A stretch of 64,000 nt of DNA. Source: the human T2T-CHM13v2.0 reference genome, Homo sapiens. Location: NCBI RefSeq assembly GCF_009914755.1, contig NC_060927.1. The stretch is one strand, 5' to 3'. Below are positions 47,600 to 60,405 of the stretch, in pieces. How positions within the stretch are numbered: position 1 is the stretch's first letter; every line of letters starts with the position of its first letter. Both the position numbers and the translations under genes were made by a program. The notes below the pieces were generated by a model. The model did not search any database, was not told the origin of the DNA, and saw nothing but the letters and a program-made list of their open reading frames with translations.

Positions 47600-49350
47600 T
47601 TAAGGGAATCTAGCCTCCCCTTCATTCAAGGAGGTCTGGGTCTGTAAACTCGTTTAAGTCTGGAAATTGATTGAGGGGTCATGATTCTCTATTTTTGTAA
47701 TTCAAATTAGTATTTTATCCATTTGACCTAGAAGTTTTCTTCTCATATAAATTAAGTAGGAATGCAGTAGGCTTCCTACAAATGTCACTTCTAGAAAACA
47801 GTTATTAATTAGCCAAAGTGAGAACTCTACATGAGTCAAATTATTCTGATGGCTGCTTTGTCTCTGCTGTCCATTATGGTAGCAAGCAAAGGCTCACCTT
47901 GCCTTTGACGGCTGAGAGCCACCACTTGGCCCCTTTCATCTTGGGATTCTCCATTGTATTTACATTTTGTAGTTGAGTGACTGTGATTCCCACTTTTAGA
48001 TCTGACATACAGAGAAGAGCAACAGGGCTCTTCAAAGATGAAGACACACAGGGCTCTCCAAAGATGCAGGTGCTGCCCTCACAAATCTATTTCATAAGGC
48101 ATTGGTCAAGGGTATATATTCTGGATCCTCCCAGCTGGCATGAGTGGGTCTAAAGTGACTAATCCACTCCACCATCCCAATGTCCCTAAGCCTTTGGATC
48201 CCTTCCTTTACATTAAGCCAAGGGAGATTAGAGATGTCCAGCTCACTTACAGTGGGCCATCTTCTAATTCATATTTCAGCTAACCAAGCAAATAATCTAT
48301 TAGAAACTTTTTTAACTCCCTGAGCTGCATTAAAAGCAGAGTCCCTACTTAGTGGGTCCGAATCAATAAATTCAGCCTGATCCAACTCTATGTTCCTTCC
48401 ACCATTATTTCATATCCTTAATATTCATTCCCATGCCTGTTATCCAGATTTCTGTTTATATAAATTAGAAAACTCAAGCAGTTCTTTTTGAATGTAGTGC
48501 ATCTCCTCATGGGTGATACTCTTAACCTCACCTCTAGGGGCCCACCAGGGCTTTAGTCTAGTTATAGGTCTAGAAGCAAACAGGGGTCTTGGGGATGGCT
48601 TCTGAGGAAAATCAACATTATTTTGCCTGGCAACTGCCTCAGGGGAGGCCATCGCTGTTGCCTCAGGCAGTGCAGGGTTTATCACCTCAGACGAAGGTGG
48701 AAAGGCTGACGGCAGCATGGGTCCCGTAGGGGATGTTGCCACTACTGGGGATAGGGAGGCTGTTCCATCTAGCAAAAGAACTTCATCAGAGTTTACAAAC
48801 TCTATGTCCCCAGCTTCATCAGGTTCTCTCACACATCCCCATTCCAACTTGCAGAGTCCCATTCTTTTCCAATCAATGCCCTCACTTTAACAGTAGACAC
48901 CTGTCGAGGCTGTGCATGCACCTTTCATTGCAGGTCAGCCACTCACATGATAAGAGCTTGTGTCTGTTTTTCCACAATTTCAGCTCTTTCTCTTCAGGAG
49001 ATAAGAATCACTCAGGGCAATCCTAGCAGATTTGAGGCTCACTATCTGCTCCTGATGCTGGGAGACAGAATCCTTGAGTTCATCATTTTCTTTCATCACT
49101 TTGTCCACTGAATTTAGGAGCAACCAACCAGTTTCAATATGCTCCTTGGTTCTTCCCATATGGTCAAATATATTATGTATAGAGTTACTAACCTCCTTGC
49201 CTCTGATAAGTGGTGAATCAGGAGTGTCAACTCATTTATTTTGCATAACTTTCTAAACAGTTTATGCCAAGGACTATCAGTGTTCTCCATACTATTAGAA
49301 GTAGAGTCCTTAGCATTTTTGAGTCAATCATATTAAGCAGCCAACTTCAG
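47600..49350 (-). pseudogene. gag: HERV-L gag remnant
   Basis: Fragment with PLFASRPITRLK...ELLEFSNLYKQKSG; lies between PBS and pro; boundaries approximate. Confidence 0.75.
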
Positions 49351-49423
49351 AAACACCAAAATCAATGAAAAAATTCCATACTTCATATTCTGTTCCTCTA
49401 GAACCACTCCTGGTACCAAAATC

Positions 49424-49855
49424 TGTATTAGTCAGGGTTCTCTAGATGGACAGAACTAATAGGATAGATATATAAAGGATTTTATTAAGTATTAACTTAC
49501 ATGATCACAAGATCCCACAATAGGCTGTCTGCAAGCTTGAGAAGCAAGGAGAGCCAGTCTGAGTCTCAAAACTGAAGAACTTGGAGTCTGATATTTGAGG
49601 GCAGGAAGCATCCAGCACGGGAGAAAGATGTAGGCTGGGAGGCTCAGCTAGTCTCACCTTTTCATGTTTTTCTGCCTGCTTTATATTCACAGGGAGCTTA
49701 TTCAATTGTGCCCACCAGATTAAAGGTGGGTTTGCCATTCCCAGCCCACTGACTCAAATGTTAATCTCCTTTGGCAACACGCTCACAGACACACCCAGGA
49801 TCAATACTTGCATCCTTCAATCCAATCAAGTTGAAACTCAGTATTAACCATCACA
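49424..49855 (-). repeat. MLT2A 5' LTR
   Basis: Minus strand TGTGATGGTTAATACTGAGTTTCAACTTGATTGGATTGAAGG...CTAATACA. Confidence 0.93.
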
Positions 49856-51309
49856 CCCCAACATGACAGTGCTGTCCAAAGTTCTGAGGCTAATACTCCA
49901 GTATAATTATATGTATCTGTGTGATTCCTGTAATCATACCAGTATATGTGTATTACTTTAGTAGAAACTTTAGCTATAGATAAATCAAAAGAAGAGATAC
50001 AAAGAATTAAAATTATATTAGAAATATGTGTCAACCTTTATCACAACAAGCTAAAATATTTAACTATTGAGTCAGGTGCAGTAGAGAGAGTTTAAAACTT
50101 AGAATTTCCTTGATTTCCAAGGACAGGGGATTTTGCATGGATGATCTGAGATATACATGATTTCTGTAGTTGAAGACAGGACAAAGCTATCATCACATTA
50201 GACAAGATGATGAGAAAAGAGTGAATTGTGTCAGTTTTCAGGCAAATTAAGCATTTTAGATTATCATGGTATCACTTCATACGTGAATAAACAGATTCAT
50301 GGCCCATTTTCCTTAGTAAATAAAGAAGAAAAGTGAGTAAGTCATTACCTAGTCTAAACACTTGCCTAAAACATCTTAGTAGTTTTAAATATTTTTAAGC
50401 GAGTTTAATTTTTATTTTTTTAAATTGATTATACATTATTCAATCCATTTCAATATGACTTTGAAAATATTTATAATATGCAAAATTAGCTAATGGACAT
50501 ATTTTAAAAATCTAGTCATTAGAAATCTTCATGTGGAAGATCAGAACACTTTTAAATCTGTTATTCATTCAAACATAGTTTATGATCAAAATGAGCAGAT
50601 GTTGACTTTTTTAGAAGGAGAAGTTTCTATGCACACAGATCCCATGTTTCTGACATGACATCTGTATTCTCTTAGCAATTATTGTGAGAGTTATGCAGCT
50701 GCCATGGCTTCAAACCTTATCCCAGATTTGGGATTACATCAGTGTACACAGCTAAAAGATGTTCCAAAATGTGCAAGTAGAGGAAAATATGAACTTTTTT
50801 TCCAACTTTGAAATGAATAACACTTTTTTTTGCAGAGGTTTATATCAAATTCTTAGAGTGATAAAGTAAAAGAAACGGATTAACAGTGTTGTAATATTCC
50901 AAGTCAAAATAAAGAAATAAAAATGTATAATGTGATATTGAGAAGAAGCATCCTTGTAGAGGTTTGTACCTGTCCTTCAAAGCTTAAAAAGTGAAAAATG
51001 TCTAGGCACAAACAACAATAGGTAAGAGGCAAGAGGTATATTAAGCACACTGAATTATATTTGTGGAATATATTATATTCCACTTTATTGTTGGAAGAAA
51101 CTTGAACTTAGAAATTAAATCTGAATTTTGAGAGTTTACATTGTATTTATTCTGACAAAATATGATGTGTTATTGAATTTAAAATATTACTAAAAGATGT
51201 CAGAAAGATTCCTTCAGAGTGTTAAATATCTACCAAGAAAGGAACTTTGGCAACCAAATATAAACACCTAAGGGGACAAATGGTATTTCAAAAGGTATTA
51301 CGTATTTCT

Positions 51310-53240
51310 CAAGCCAGATGGCTGACTAGAGGTATTGGACACTTGCTGTTTCCAGAGGAAAAAAAAAGCCAAAATTACAAATAGATAATCACATCTGGCA
51401 CAGAGCATCTGAGAGAGAACAATGAAATTCAACTGATAAGTCATGAAAAACAATTGAGGCATGGCAAGAAAGGAAAGTGAGGCACTCAGTTCTTCTGGGA
51501 TTGGCTGGTTGCTGGGAGAGGCTCAATATTGTGGAGAAAGCTAAGTGAAACCCTCAGTTGTCCACGTTTTCACCACAGACTATTCTGATCCTAGCCATGG
51601 GAGAGTTCTTCTACACACACAGGCCCTGGGGCTGTCATGGGTGGCAGCCTGGGGACCCCATGTGGACATTGCTCTACAGAGGGAGTCTGCACTGAGTCAT
51701 ATATTCCCACCCTCAAGACCTAAACAGCTGCAGCACACTGTAATTTTGACAACTCAGCCTCCACCAGACAGGATTCTGCTTTGGGACTCAACAGTCCCTG
51801 CACCTCTCCATCCCCAAAACCTCCAGTGACACCCTGAGCATCCACCTGGAGATCTGCACTGGCACAGAGCTGGCACAGTGCTGAGGTCCTGTGGGGTCCT
51901 CAACACTCTAGACCAAATAGAGTCCTGCTCCCCAGAGAAGGGGCAATGCAACACACTGACAAGGCTGCCCCAGGACAAAGGGAACCAAAACATATACTTT
52001 CCAGAACCTGAGAGGTGCCTGCCTGAGACTATGGGCAGAGAAGCCTCATCTCCCGCTTTTGCCCTCACTAGTAGCAGACCTATGAGCTTTACCTCCTGGA
52101 CAGGGACCAGATCCTGTTCCTGATCACACACTGCCACAACTGCTGCTGACACCAGAAAACAAAGCAAATATTACCTAAAGTCTAAGAGTTCCGTGTCTGG
52201 GGCTGTGGAGTGCAGCCTGGCCTACACCAGAAGCACAACTTCTGGGCTTGAGCTAACATCCAGACACCAGGATCCCTCCCCATGTCACACACCAATGCAG
52301 TTGCTGCTACCAGCAACCAAAATGAGCAGTAGCCTGAGTTTAAGAGCTGCCTTTCTGGGGTTGTTAAGAGCAATCCTCTCTCCAGCATCAAAATGACCTC
52401 TGAGCTCTAGCATGTGCCCTGAGATCAGGCTCTCCACAACCACCATTGCAGACCATCCGGCCCTACCTACTACAGCCTGTGACTCTGGACACCACTGAGG
52501 GCCTAAAGTCAAGCCCGCCTGGCCTGGCACCATCCCTTTAATGGGCAAGCATGCTGCCTGTGGACATGGTAATCTCCCTGACCATTCCTCCACCTTAGGC
52601 ATATGTGGGCTCCCCCTAGAAACCTGAAGACATGTCCACCTAGCCTGCCACAAACACCACTGGCACCCACCAGCACATGCCAGCTGAGTGCCTGGGAACT
52701 GGCCTGCCCAGCTCATTGTGGCTACTACTAAAAGTAGTGAGTGCCAGCTGTGAGCCGAAGGGTTGTCCTACTACTGTTACTACCATCACTCATGCCACAC
52801 ACAATGTCCAGGGGCCTGAGGACCCACTTGTCCAACTGGCCCACTACTGCCACTGCCAACACCTGAGCAAACTGCCTGGGGGGGGGGGTCCAAAAATTGG
52901 ACCACCTGCACCTGCTAAAACTAATGTCTACATATGCTGCCCAGGCGTGAAATGACAGGCATGCTCGGGCCACTACTGTAATCACCAAGGCTTGAGGACT
53001 GCCCACCTGACATTCTCTCCCCAGCAAAGTGTCACCACAGCCTGTACTGAGAACTGCAGCCAAGCCACCGAGGAAATTACAGACATCACTGATTCAGTAC
53101 ACAGTCAGTTAAATCATATGAAGACTACCCTACTGCAAGAATCCAGAACCAAAGCTGAGGTACACTTCCCAACCATCAACATAGGCACATCTTGAGAAAA
53201 AATGTCTTCCTCTATAAAAGTTAACTCAAATATTAGAAAA
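51310..53240 (+). mobile_element. GC-rich 5' UTR of an old L1 (L1MA/L1PB-era)
   Basis: AGATGGCTGACTAGAGG start typical of old L1 5' ends; GC-rich but CpG-depleted; lies upstream of decayed ORF2. Confidence 0.7.
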
Positions 53241-54330
53241 TGCTTTGTTCTTTTTGCTTAGAATTGCTTTGCCAATTCAGGCTCATTTTTTACTTCATAT
53301 AAATTCTACAACAATTTTTTCTAATTATCTGAAGAATGATGTTGGGAGTCTGATAGGAACAGCATTGCATCTGTAAATTGCTTTGGGCAGTATTGCTATT
53401 TTAATTATATTGCTTCTCCCAATCCATGATCATGGACTATATTTCCATTGGTTTGTGTTGGCTCTGATTTCTTTCTGCAGTGTTCTGTAGTTCTTGTCGA
53501 GATCTTTCACTTCCCTGGTTAGCTGTATTTCTAGGTATTTCATTTTCTTTGTAGCTCTTGTAAATGGAATTGTGTTCTTGATTTGACTCTCAGCCTGGAC
53601 ATTATTGGTGTATAGAGATGTTACCGATTTTTGGATATCAATTTTGTATCCTGAAACCTTACCCAAATAATTTATCAGTTCTAGTAGCCTTTTGGTGGAG
53701 TCTTTAATGTTTTCCAAGTATTGAATCATAATGTCTGTGAGGAGAGATAATTTGACTTCTTCTTTTCCTATTTGGACGCCTTTTATCTGTTTCTTTTGCC
53801 TGATTGCTCTGGCTAGGACTTCTAGTCCTATGTTGAATAAAAGATGATGGTAATCAAAACATCATGGTACTGGTACAAAACCAGACACATGCACTAATGG
53901 AACAAAATAGAAAACTCAGAAATAAAGTCACACATCCACAATGATCTGATCCTTGACAAGGCCAACAAAAACAAGTAATGGGAAAAGAAAACCCTATTTG
54001 ATAAATGGTACTAGAATAACTGACTAGTCATATACAGAAAATTGAAGCTGGACCCTTACCTCTCACCATGTACATAGATTAACTCAATATGGATTAAAAA
54101 TTTAAGACCTAGAATCTTAAATGTAAGACTTCAAACTATCTGCATCCTAAAAGAAAACCTAGGAAAATACTCTTCTTGACATTGGCTTTGGCAAAGAATT
54201 TGGGGCTAAGTGCCAAAATTAATTGCAACAAAACCAAAAATTAATAAATGAGATTTAACTAAACTAAAAAGCTTCTTCACAGAAAAAAAAGCTATAATAA
54301 ACAGACAAACTACCAAATGGGGGAAAAATA
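53241..54330. mobile_element. Nested L1 ORF2 fragment (old L1PA/PB type) with internal inversion
   Basis: 53241 to about 53846 is antisense ORF2 (RT; [16 protein letters not shown]); 53850-54330 is sense ORF2 that resumes just downstream in L1 coordinates. Confidence 0.8.
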
Positions 54331-56353
54331 ATAGCTGTTTTGACTGAAGTGAGAAACACAAAAGTATAAAACTCACTGTTAAAGCAAACAAATGAAAAAG
54401 AAAGAGAAAGGTCTCAAATGGTCCCACTACAAAAAATTACCAAAGTACAATGACAAATAATAAGAAAAAAATGAATAAAGTATATACAAAACAGTGAGAG
54501 AACAATTAACAGTATGACAGGAATAAAACTTCACATATCATTGATAACCTTGAATATAAATTGATTAAATTTTCCAATTAAATGATACACAGACTGGCCA
54601 AATTAATTTTAAAAAAGTGATGCAACTATATGCTGCCTACAAGAAACATACTTTATCCACAACAGAGCAGAAGTAGCTGTACTTAATATGAGATAAAATA
54701 GACACTAAGGCAAAAACAGTAAAAAAAGAAAAAGAAGGTTACTATAAAATGATAAAGGGATCAATCCAACAAGAGGATGATCTAAGTCTAAATATATGTG
54801 CACTCAACACTTGAACTCCCAAATACATAAGGCAAATATAATTAGACCTAAAGATAGAGTTAAGGTCCAATACAGTAATAGTTGGGGACTGTCACACTCC
54901 ACTCTCAGCATTAGATGAATTATCTAGACATAAAATCAACGACAAAAAATCACATTGTAATTGAACTGGAATTTAGACCAAAATGGACCTAAGAGATATT
55001 TACAGAATATTTCACCCAAGAGCTGCAGAATACACATTCTTGTCCTTGTCACATGGATCATACTCTATAACAGACTATGTTAGGCCACAAAATAAGTCCC
55101 AACAAACTTAAAATAATTGAAATCATATCAAGCCTTTTATCAGAACTAGATGGAATAAAGCCAGAAATTAATACCATGAGAAACTTTGGAACTGTACAAA
55201 TTCATGAAAATTAAGCAACATTATCTTGAACAAAGATTTGATCAATGAAGAAATTCAGATGAAAATCCAAACATTTCTTGAAACAAATCGAAATAAAAAC
55301 ACAACATATAAAAATCTTTGGGATAGAGCAAAAGCAGTCCTAATATGGAAGTTTATAGCAATAAACACCTACATCAAAAAGTAGAAAGATTTCAGATAAA
55401 CAATCTAATGATATATCTCAGTTAACTAGGAAAGCAAGAACAAACCAAACCTAAAATTAGTAAAGAAAAGAAATAATAATGATCGTAACAGAAATAAATG
55501 AAACAGATACATAAAACAGTAGAACATCATAACAAAATGAAAAGTTGGTTTTTTGAGAAAAAAACAAAATCAATAGACTGCTAGGTAAACTAAACAAAAA
55601 AGAATAAGAGAAGACCCAAATAAAATAAAAAATGAAAAATGTGACATGATAATTAATAGTACAGAAATAAACAGAACACCAAAAACTATTATGAATACTT
55701 ATATGATGACAAACTGGAAAACTTAGAGGAAATGGATAAATTTCTGGAAACATACAACCTACCAAGACTAAATTAGGAAGAACAGAAAGTCTGAACAGAC
55801 CAATAACAAAAAAGTGAGATTTACTAAGTAACAAAAACTCTTCCAACAAAGAAAAACCCAGGACTGAATGGATTCACTACCAAATTCTATCAAATGTGAA
55901 AAGAACTAATACCAATCCTTCTCAAACTATTCCAAAAAATTGAAGAGCATGAAATTAGGGAATTCTACCTAAGTCCTTTTACCAGACTAGCATAACACTG
56001 ATACCAAAACTGGACAAGGACACAACAAATAAAGAAAACTACAGTCCACCATCCCTGATTAACAGACACAAAACTTCTCAACAGAATACTAGCAAGCAAA
56101 ATTGAATAGCACCATCAAAAAGATAGTACACCATGATCAAGTGGAATTTGTACTAGTGATGCAAGGATGGTTCACCATGTACAAATCAATAGACATGATA
56201 CATCACATCAAGTAATGAAGGACTAAAACTATATGATCGTGTCAGCAAATACAGGAAAAGCATTGATAAAATTCAGGATCTCTTCATGATAAAAACTATC
56301 AACAAACTAAGCACAGAAGAAACATACACTAAAATAATAAAGGTCATATATGA

Positions 56354-56726
56354 TTATATGGTTTGGCTGTGTCTCCACCCAAATCTCATCTTGAATTATA
56401 GTATCCATAATCCCCACGTGTCATGAGAGAGGCCCAGTGGGAGGTATTTGAATCTTAGGAGCAGTTTCCCCATTCTGTTCTTGTGGTAGTGAGTTCGTTC
56501 TCATGATATCTGATGGTTTTATAAGGGGCTTTTCCCGCTTTGGCCAGCACTTCTCCTTCCTACCACCTTGTGAAGAAAGATGTGTTTGCTTCCCCTTCCA
56601 CCATGGTTGTAAATTTCCTGAGGCCTCCCCGGTCCAGCAGAACTGTAAGTCAATTAAACTTCGTTCCTGTGTAAATTACCCAGTCTCAACCAGTTCTTTG
56701 TAGCAGCATCAGAACAGAGTAATACA
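56354..56726 (+). mobile_element. THE1 (THE1D-like) solo LTR with 5-bp TSD TATGA
   Basis: ATATGGTTTGGCTGTGTCTCCACCCAAATCTCATCTTGAATT...TAATACA; TATGA at 56349-56353 and 56727-56731. Confidence 0.92.
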
Positions 56727-57416
56727 TATGACAAACCCACAGCCAACATCACACTGAATAGAGAAAAGTTGAAAGTCTTTTCTCTAAGAACTGGAATAAG
56801 ACAAAGAGGCGCACTTTTACAATTCCTATTCAACATAGTGCTGGAAGTCTCAGCCAGAGAAATCAGGCAAGAGAAGTAAATAAAAGGCAGCCAAATTGGA
56901 AAAGAGGAAGTCAAATTGTTCCTGCTTGCAAACAATATGAACTTATATTTAGAATAAAACATAGACTGCACCAAACAATGCTTAGAACAGATAAACAAAT
57001 TCAGTAAAGTTGCAGGATACAAAATAAACATACAAAAATTAGTAGTGTTTCTATACACCAATAATGAAACAGCTGAAAACAAAATCGAGAAGGCAATCTC
57101 ATTTACAATAGCTATGCACAGAAAAATAAAATACCCAGGGAGAAATTTAACCAAGGAGGTGATTGACCTCTACAAGGAAAACTATAAAACACTGATGAAG
57201 GATATCCAAGAGGACAGAAACAAATAATTAGACATTCCATAATCAGGAGTGGAAAAATTAATATTGTTAAAATGGCCATACTACCAAAATGCAATCTAAA
57301 GTTACAATTCAATCTCTGTCAAAATCCCCATGTCGTTTTTCACAGAAATATTTAAAAAATTATAAAATTTTTATGGAACTGAAAAGGAGTCCAAATAGCC
57401 AAAGCAATCCTGGACC

Positions 57417-57448
<32 letters not shown>

Positions 57449-57495
57449 GCCTGACACATCACACTTCCTGACTTCAAAACATATTACAAAGCTAT

Positions 57496-57878
57496 TGATA
57501 TAGCTTGAATATTTGTTTCCATACAAATTTCATGTTGAGTTGTAATCCTTAATATTGGAGGTGGGGCTTAGTGGGAGGCATTTGAATTATGGGAGTGCAT
57601 CACTCATGGCTTGGTGCTGTCTTCATGATAGGGAGTGAGTTCTCATGAGATCTGGTAATTTAAAAGTGTGTGGCACCTTCCCCTGAACTCTCTCTCTCAG
57701 TCTCTCCTGCTTCTGCTTTTGCCAGGTGATGTGCCTGATCCTCATTTGTGTTCCAACATGGTTGGAAGCTTCCTGAGGACTCCCCAGAAGCAGATGCCAC
57801 TGTGCTTCCTGTACAGCCTGCAGAGCCATGAGCCAATTAAATATATTTTCTTTATAAATTACCCAGTATCAAGTGTTT
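57496..57878 (+). mobile_element. MST LTR, 3'-truncated
   Basis: TGATATAG...AAATTTCATGTTGA...CAGAAGCAGATGCC...ATAAATTACCCAGT; lacks the terminal ACTAATACA. Confidence 0.85.
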
Positions 57879-58009
57879 ATCACCAAAAGAAATAAGTATG
57901 TGAGGTGATTAATATGATAATTGTCATGTTAATTATCACGTTAATATGTTAATTATCATATCCATCACCTCACATACTTATCATTTTCTTTTGGTGACAA
58001 ACACCTGAT
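57868..58009. repeat. Imperfect palindrome, arms of about 55-59 bp, 28-nt spacer
   Basis: 57868-57922 pairs with the reverse complement of 57951-58009. Confidence 0.9.
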
Positions 58010-58320
58010 TTGATCATTCCACAATGCATGTATGTAATAAAACATCACATTGTACCCCATAAATATTTATAATTATTATTTGTAAGAAAAAATAAAATAA
58101 CATTTTTTAAAAAGATATAAACTTTTAAGCATTTATATGACAAAGTTTGTCCTATGATAAAATAGGGTAAATAAATTTATATATGTGTGTGTATGTATGT
58201 GTTTATATATACATGTATATTCCAGTGTACTTGTACCCCAACTACCAAAGGAGCAAGAAAAGTAAAAGTTTATTGGTCTTAGCAGAAAGGTCTTGAGGAT
58301 ATGTAATTTGTTATAGTAAT

Positions 58321-58774
58321 TGTTTTAGCCATGGTTCTACAGAGAAATTGATATAATAGAATACGTATGTATATATAGAAATGAATTATTCTGAGGAACT
58401 GGCTTACATAATATGGACATTAGCAAACTCAAAATTTACAGGGTAGGCCAGCCAGCAGGTTAGAGGCCAAGGAAAGCTGATGTTCCAGCTTAAGTCTGAA
58501 TGCCATCTGCTGTAGAAACTGGGAAAGTCAGTGAAGTCCAAAAGCAGTGTGCTAGATAATTTCTCCCTTGCTTGGGGGAGGACTTTCTTTTTATACTATT
58601 CAGGCCTTCAACTGCCTTCTACATTACTGATGGCAATCTGTTTTTTTCAAAGTCCAATAATGTAAATATTAAGCTTATCAAAAACACCATCACAGAAATG
58701 CCCGGAATAATGTTGGATCAGATATCTGGGTACTCTATGACCTAACCAAGTTAATATATAAAATTCACCCTCAC
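58321..58774 (-). mobile_element. MLT2-type (C/D-like) ERVL LTR
   Basis: GGTTCTACAGAGAA...GAGGAACTGGCTTAC...CAGGCCTTCAACTG...AAAATTCACCCTCACA. Confidence 0.75.
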
Positions 58775-58964
58775 AATAATTATTTAAATGATCAGCATGA
58801 ATTGTCAGTTGATGTGAACCCCAATAATTAATATTTACTGGGTCTACCGAACTACAAGTCAGTAAGATAACATATATATATATATGACTAATTTACCTAG
58901 TCTTTAAAATGGGGATGAAAACATACATACCTCACAGATTTACAGTGATGATAAAGAGTGTTAT

Positions 58965-59288
58965 TTATTATATTTATTTATTTATTTATATTATTTTTTA
59001 TTTTTTGAAACAGAGTCTCACTCTGTCACCCAGGTTCGAGTGCAGTGGCACGATCTTGGCTCACCGCAACCTCTGCCTCGTGGAATCAAGTGATTCTCAT
59101 TCCTCAGACTCCTAAGTAGCTGAGATTACAGGTGCATGCCAGCATGCCCAGCTAATTTTTGTGTTTTTAGTAGAGATGGGGTTTCACCATGTTGGCCAGG
59201 CTGGTCTTGAACTCCTGACCTCAAGTGATCCACCCACCTCAGCCTCCCAAAGTGTTGGTATTACAGGTGTGAGCCACTGCGCCCGGCC
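58965..59288 (-). mobile_element. AluS
   Basis: (TTTA)n tail, dimer ending GCCCGGCC; TSD TGTTATTTAT. Confidence 0.95.
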
Positions 59289-60169
59289 AGGACTGTTATT
59301 TATAATATTTTTAAAAATACTTGGAAACATATTCAGCACATATTAAATAATATAAGGGAATCAGCAAGGAACACAGAGTATTCTATTAATGACTAACTGT
59401 CTGAATATCCCAATGGAATAGTTGAAAAAATTAATGTCAAAAAAGAAGGAATGATGATCCCTTTATTTCCAAAATATGAACTGCATTGACTATTTAAATT
59501 TTAAAAAAAATGAATGAATGAATAAAAAATTAGTTTGTGTGTAGAAATCAGTCCATTTATAAAACAAATAGTTTTTCTGAAAATTGGCAGTTGAAGTCCA
59601 CCCAGGTGGGGGTAAAATATATTTTAAGAATATATAATTTATAAATAAACATCATTAAGTAGACACTATCTTTAAAAATTAAACAATTAAATTAAAGGTT
59701 AGAAAAAATAAATTATTTATGTTTGAACTTACTATTTTTCAATTTTTAAAAAGTTATTTTCTTAAAGCCATGGAAGAAATTTTTCATTTAACTCAGAAAA
59801 TTTCTGCTGCTGACTTCTGGACAATCTAGTCAGTTTGCAAATTAACTAGTTTCTAAATGTGGTTTTAAGATCACAAGATACTGGCAAGGAACAGAGACAA
59901 TAATATAAACACACTGCTGATTATCATTTCTGTTTGTCATATTAATGATTAATTACTATACAATCGAGTGTATCCATTAGGCTGGAAATCAAATTGGCAG
60001 CTAAGCCATCGATAAAAGTAGTATTCTATTTTTAGACTTTTGTACCAGAAATATTTGGAGTAAGTCATCCAAAATGCCTATCATTCAGCTCTTCTGAGGT
60101 TCATTTTCTTCAACTATTCCATTGTGATGTTCAGACGGAGGTATTAATACAACACTCTATGTTCCTTGC

Positions 60170-60405
60170 TAATTACTGTACATTGTTTACTATGTGCTGA
60201 ACATATTGGGTATTTTTTCAATATAATACTCTTAACTCTAACGTATGATAACATAAAATATATGTTATTATATCAATTTTAAAGTCTAGGTAAATGAGGC
60301 GCAGATAGGTTAATTACTTTCCCAAGTTCACTGAGATAGAAAGAGTGGCAGACATACTTCATATCCAAGTAGTCTGACTGCAGACTCTGTGGTCTTAAAC
60401 ACTGC
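60170..60405 (-). mobile_element. MIR
   Basis: AAATGAGGCGCAGATAGGTTAATTACTTTCCCAAGTTCAC...AGTCTGACTGCAGA. Confidence 0.65.

Larger units (their letters stand above)
43336..49855 (-). mobile_element. HERV-L provirus with two MLT2A (MLT2A1-like) LTRs
   Basis: Paired LTRs of about 435 bp; PBS-like TGGTACCAGGAGTGG next to the 5' LTR; purine tract AAGGGGTGGG next to the 3' LTR; 5-bp TSD CTCCA/CCCCA; about 6.5 kb; no env. Confidence 0.95.
54331..58110 (+). mobile_element. Old L1 (L1MA-type): inter-ORF region, decayed ORF2 from 54514, internally deleted, with 3' end
   Basis: ATGACAGGAATAAAACTTCACATATCA ORF2 start; EN and RT homology with stops; 3' end CACATTGTACCCCATAAAT...AATAAA. Confidence 0.85.

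Noticed and set aside
44570-48862. Several 90-140 aa retroviral ORFs as a possible domesticated gene
   Set aside because: Frameshifted HERV-L fragments; no continuous gag or pol frame.
51545-53195. Cluster of overlapping ORFs in a GC-rich block, suggesting a gene or CpG island
   Set aside because: CpG-depleted 5' UTR of an old L1; the ORFs follow from GC content and show no recognisable domain.
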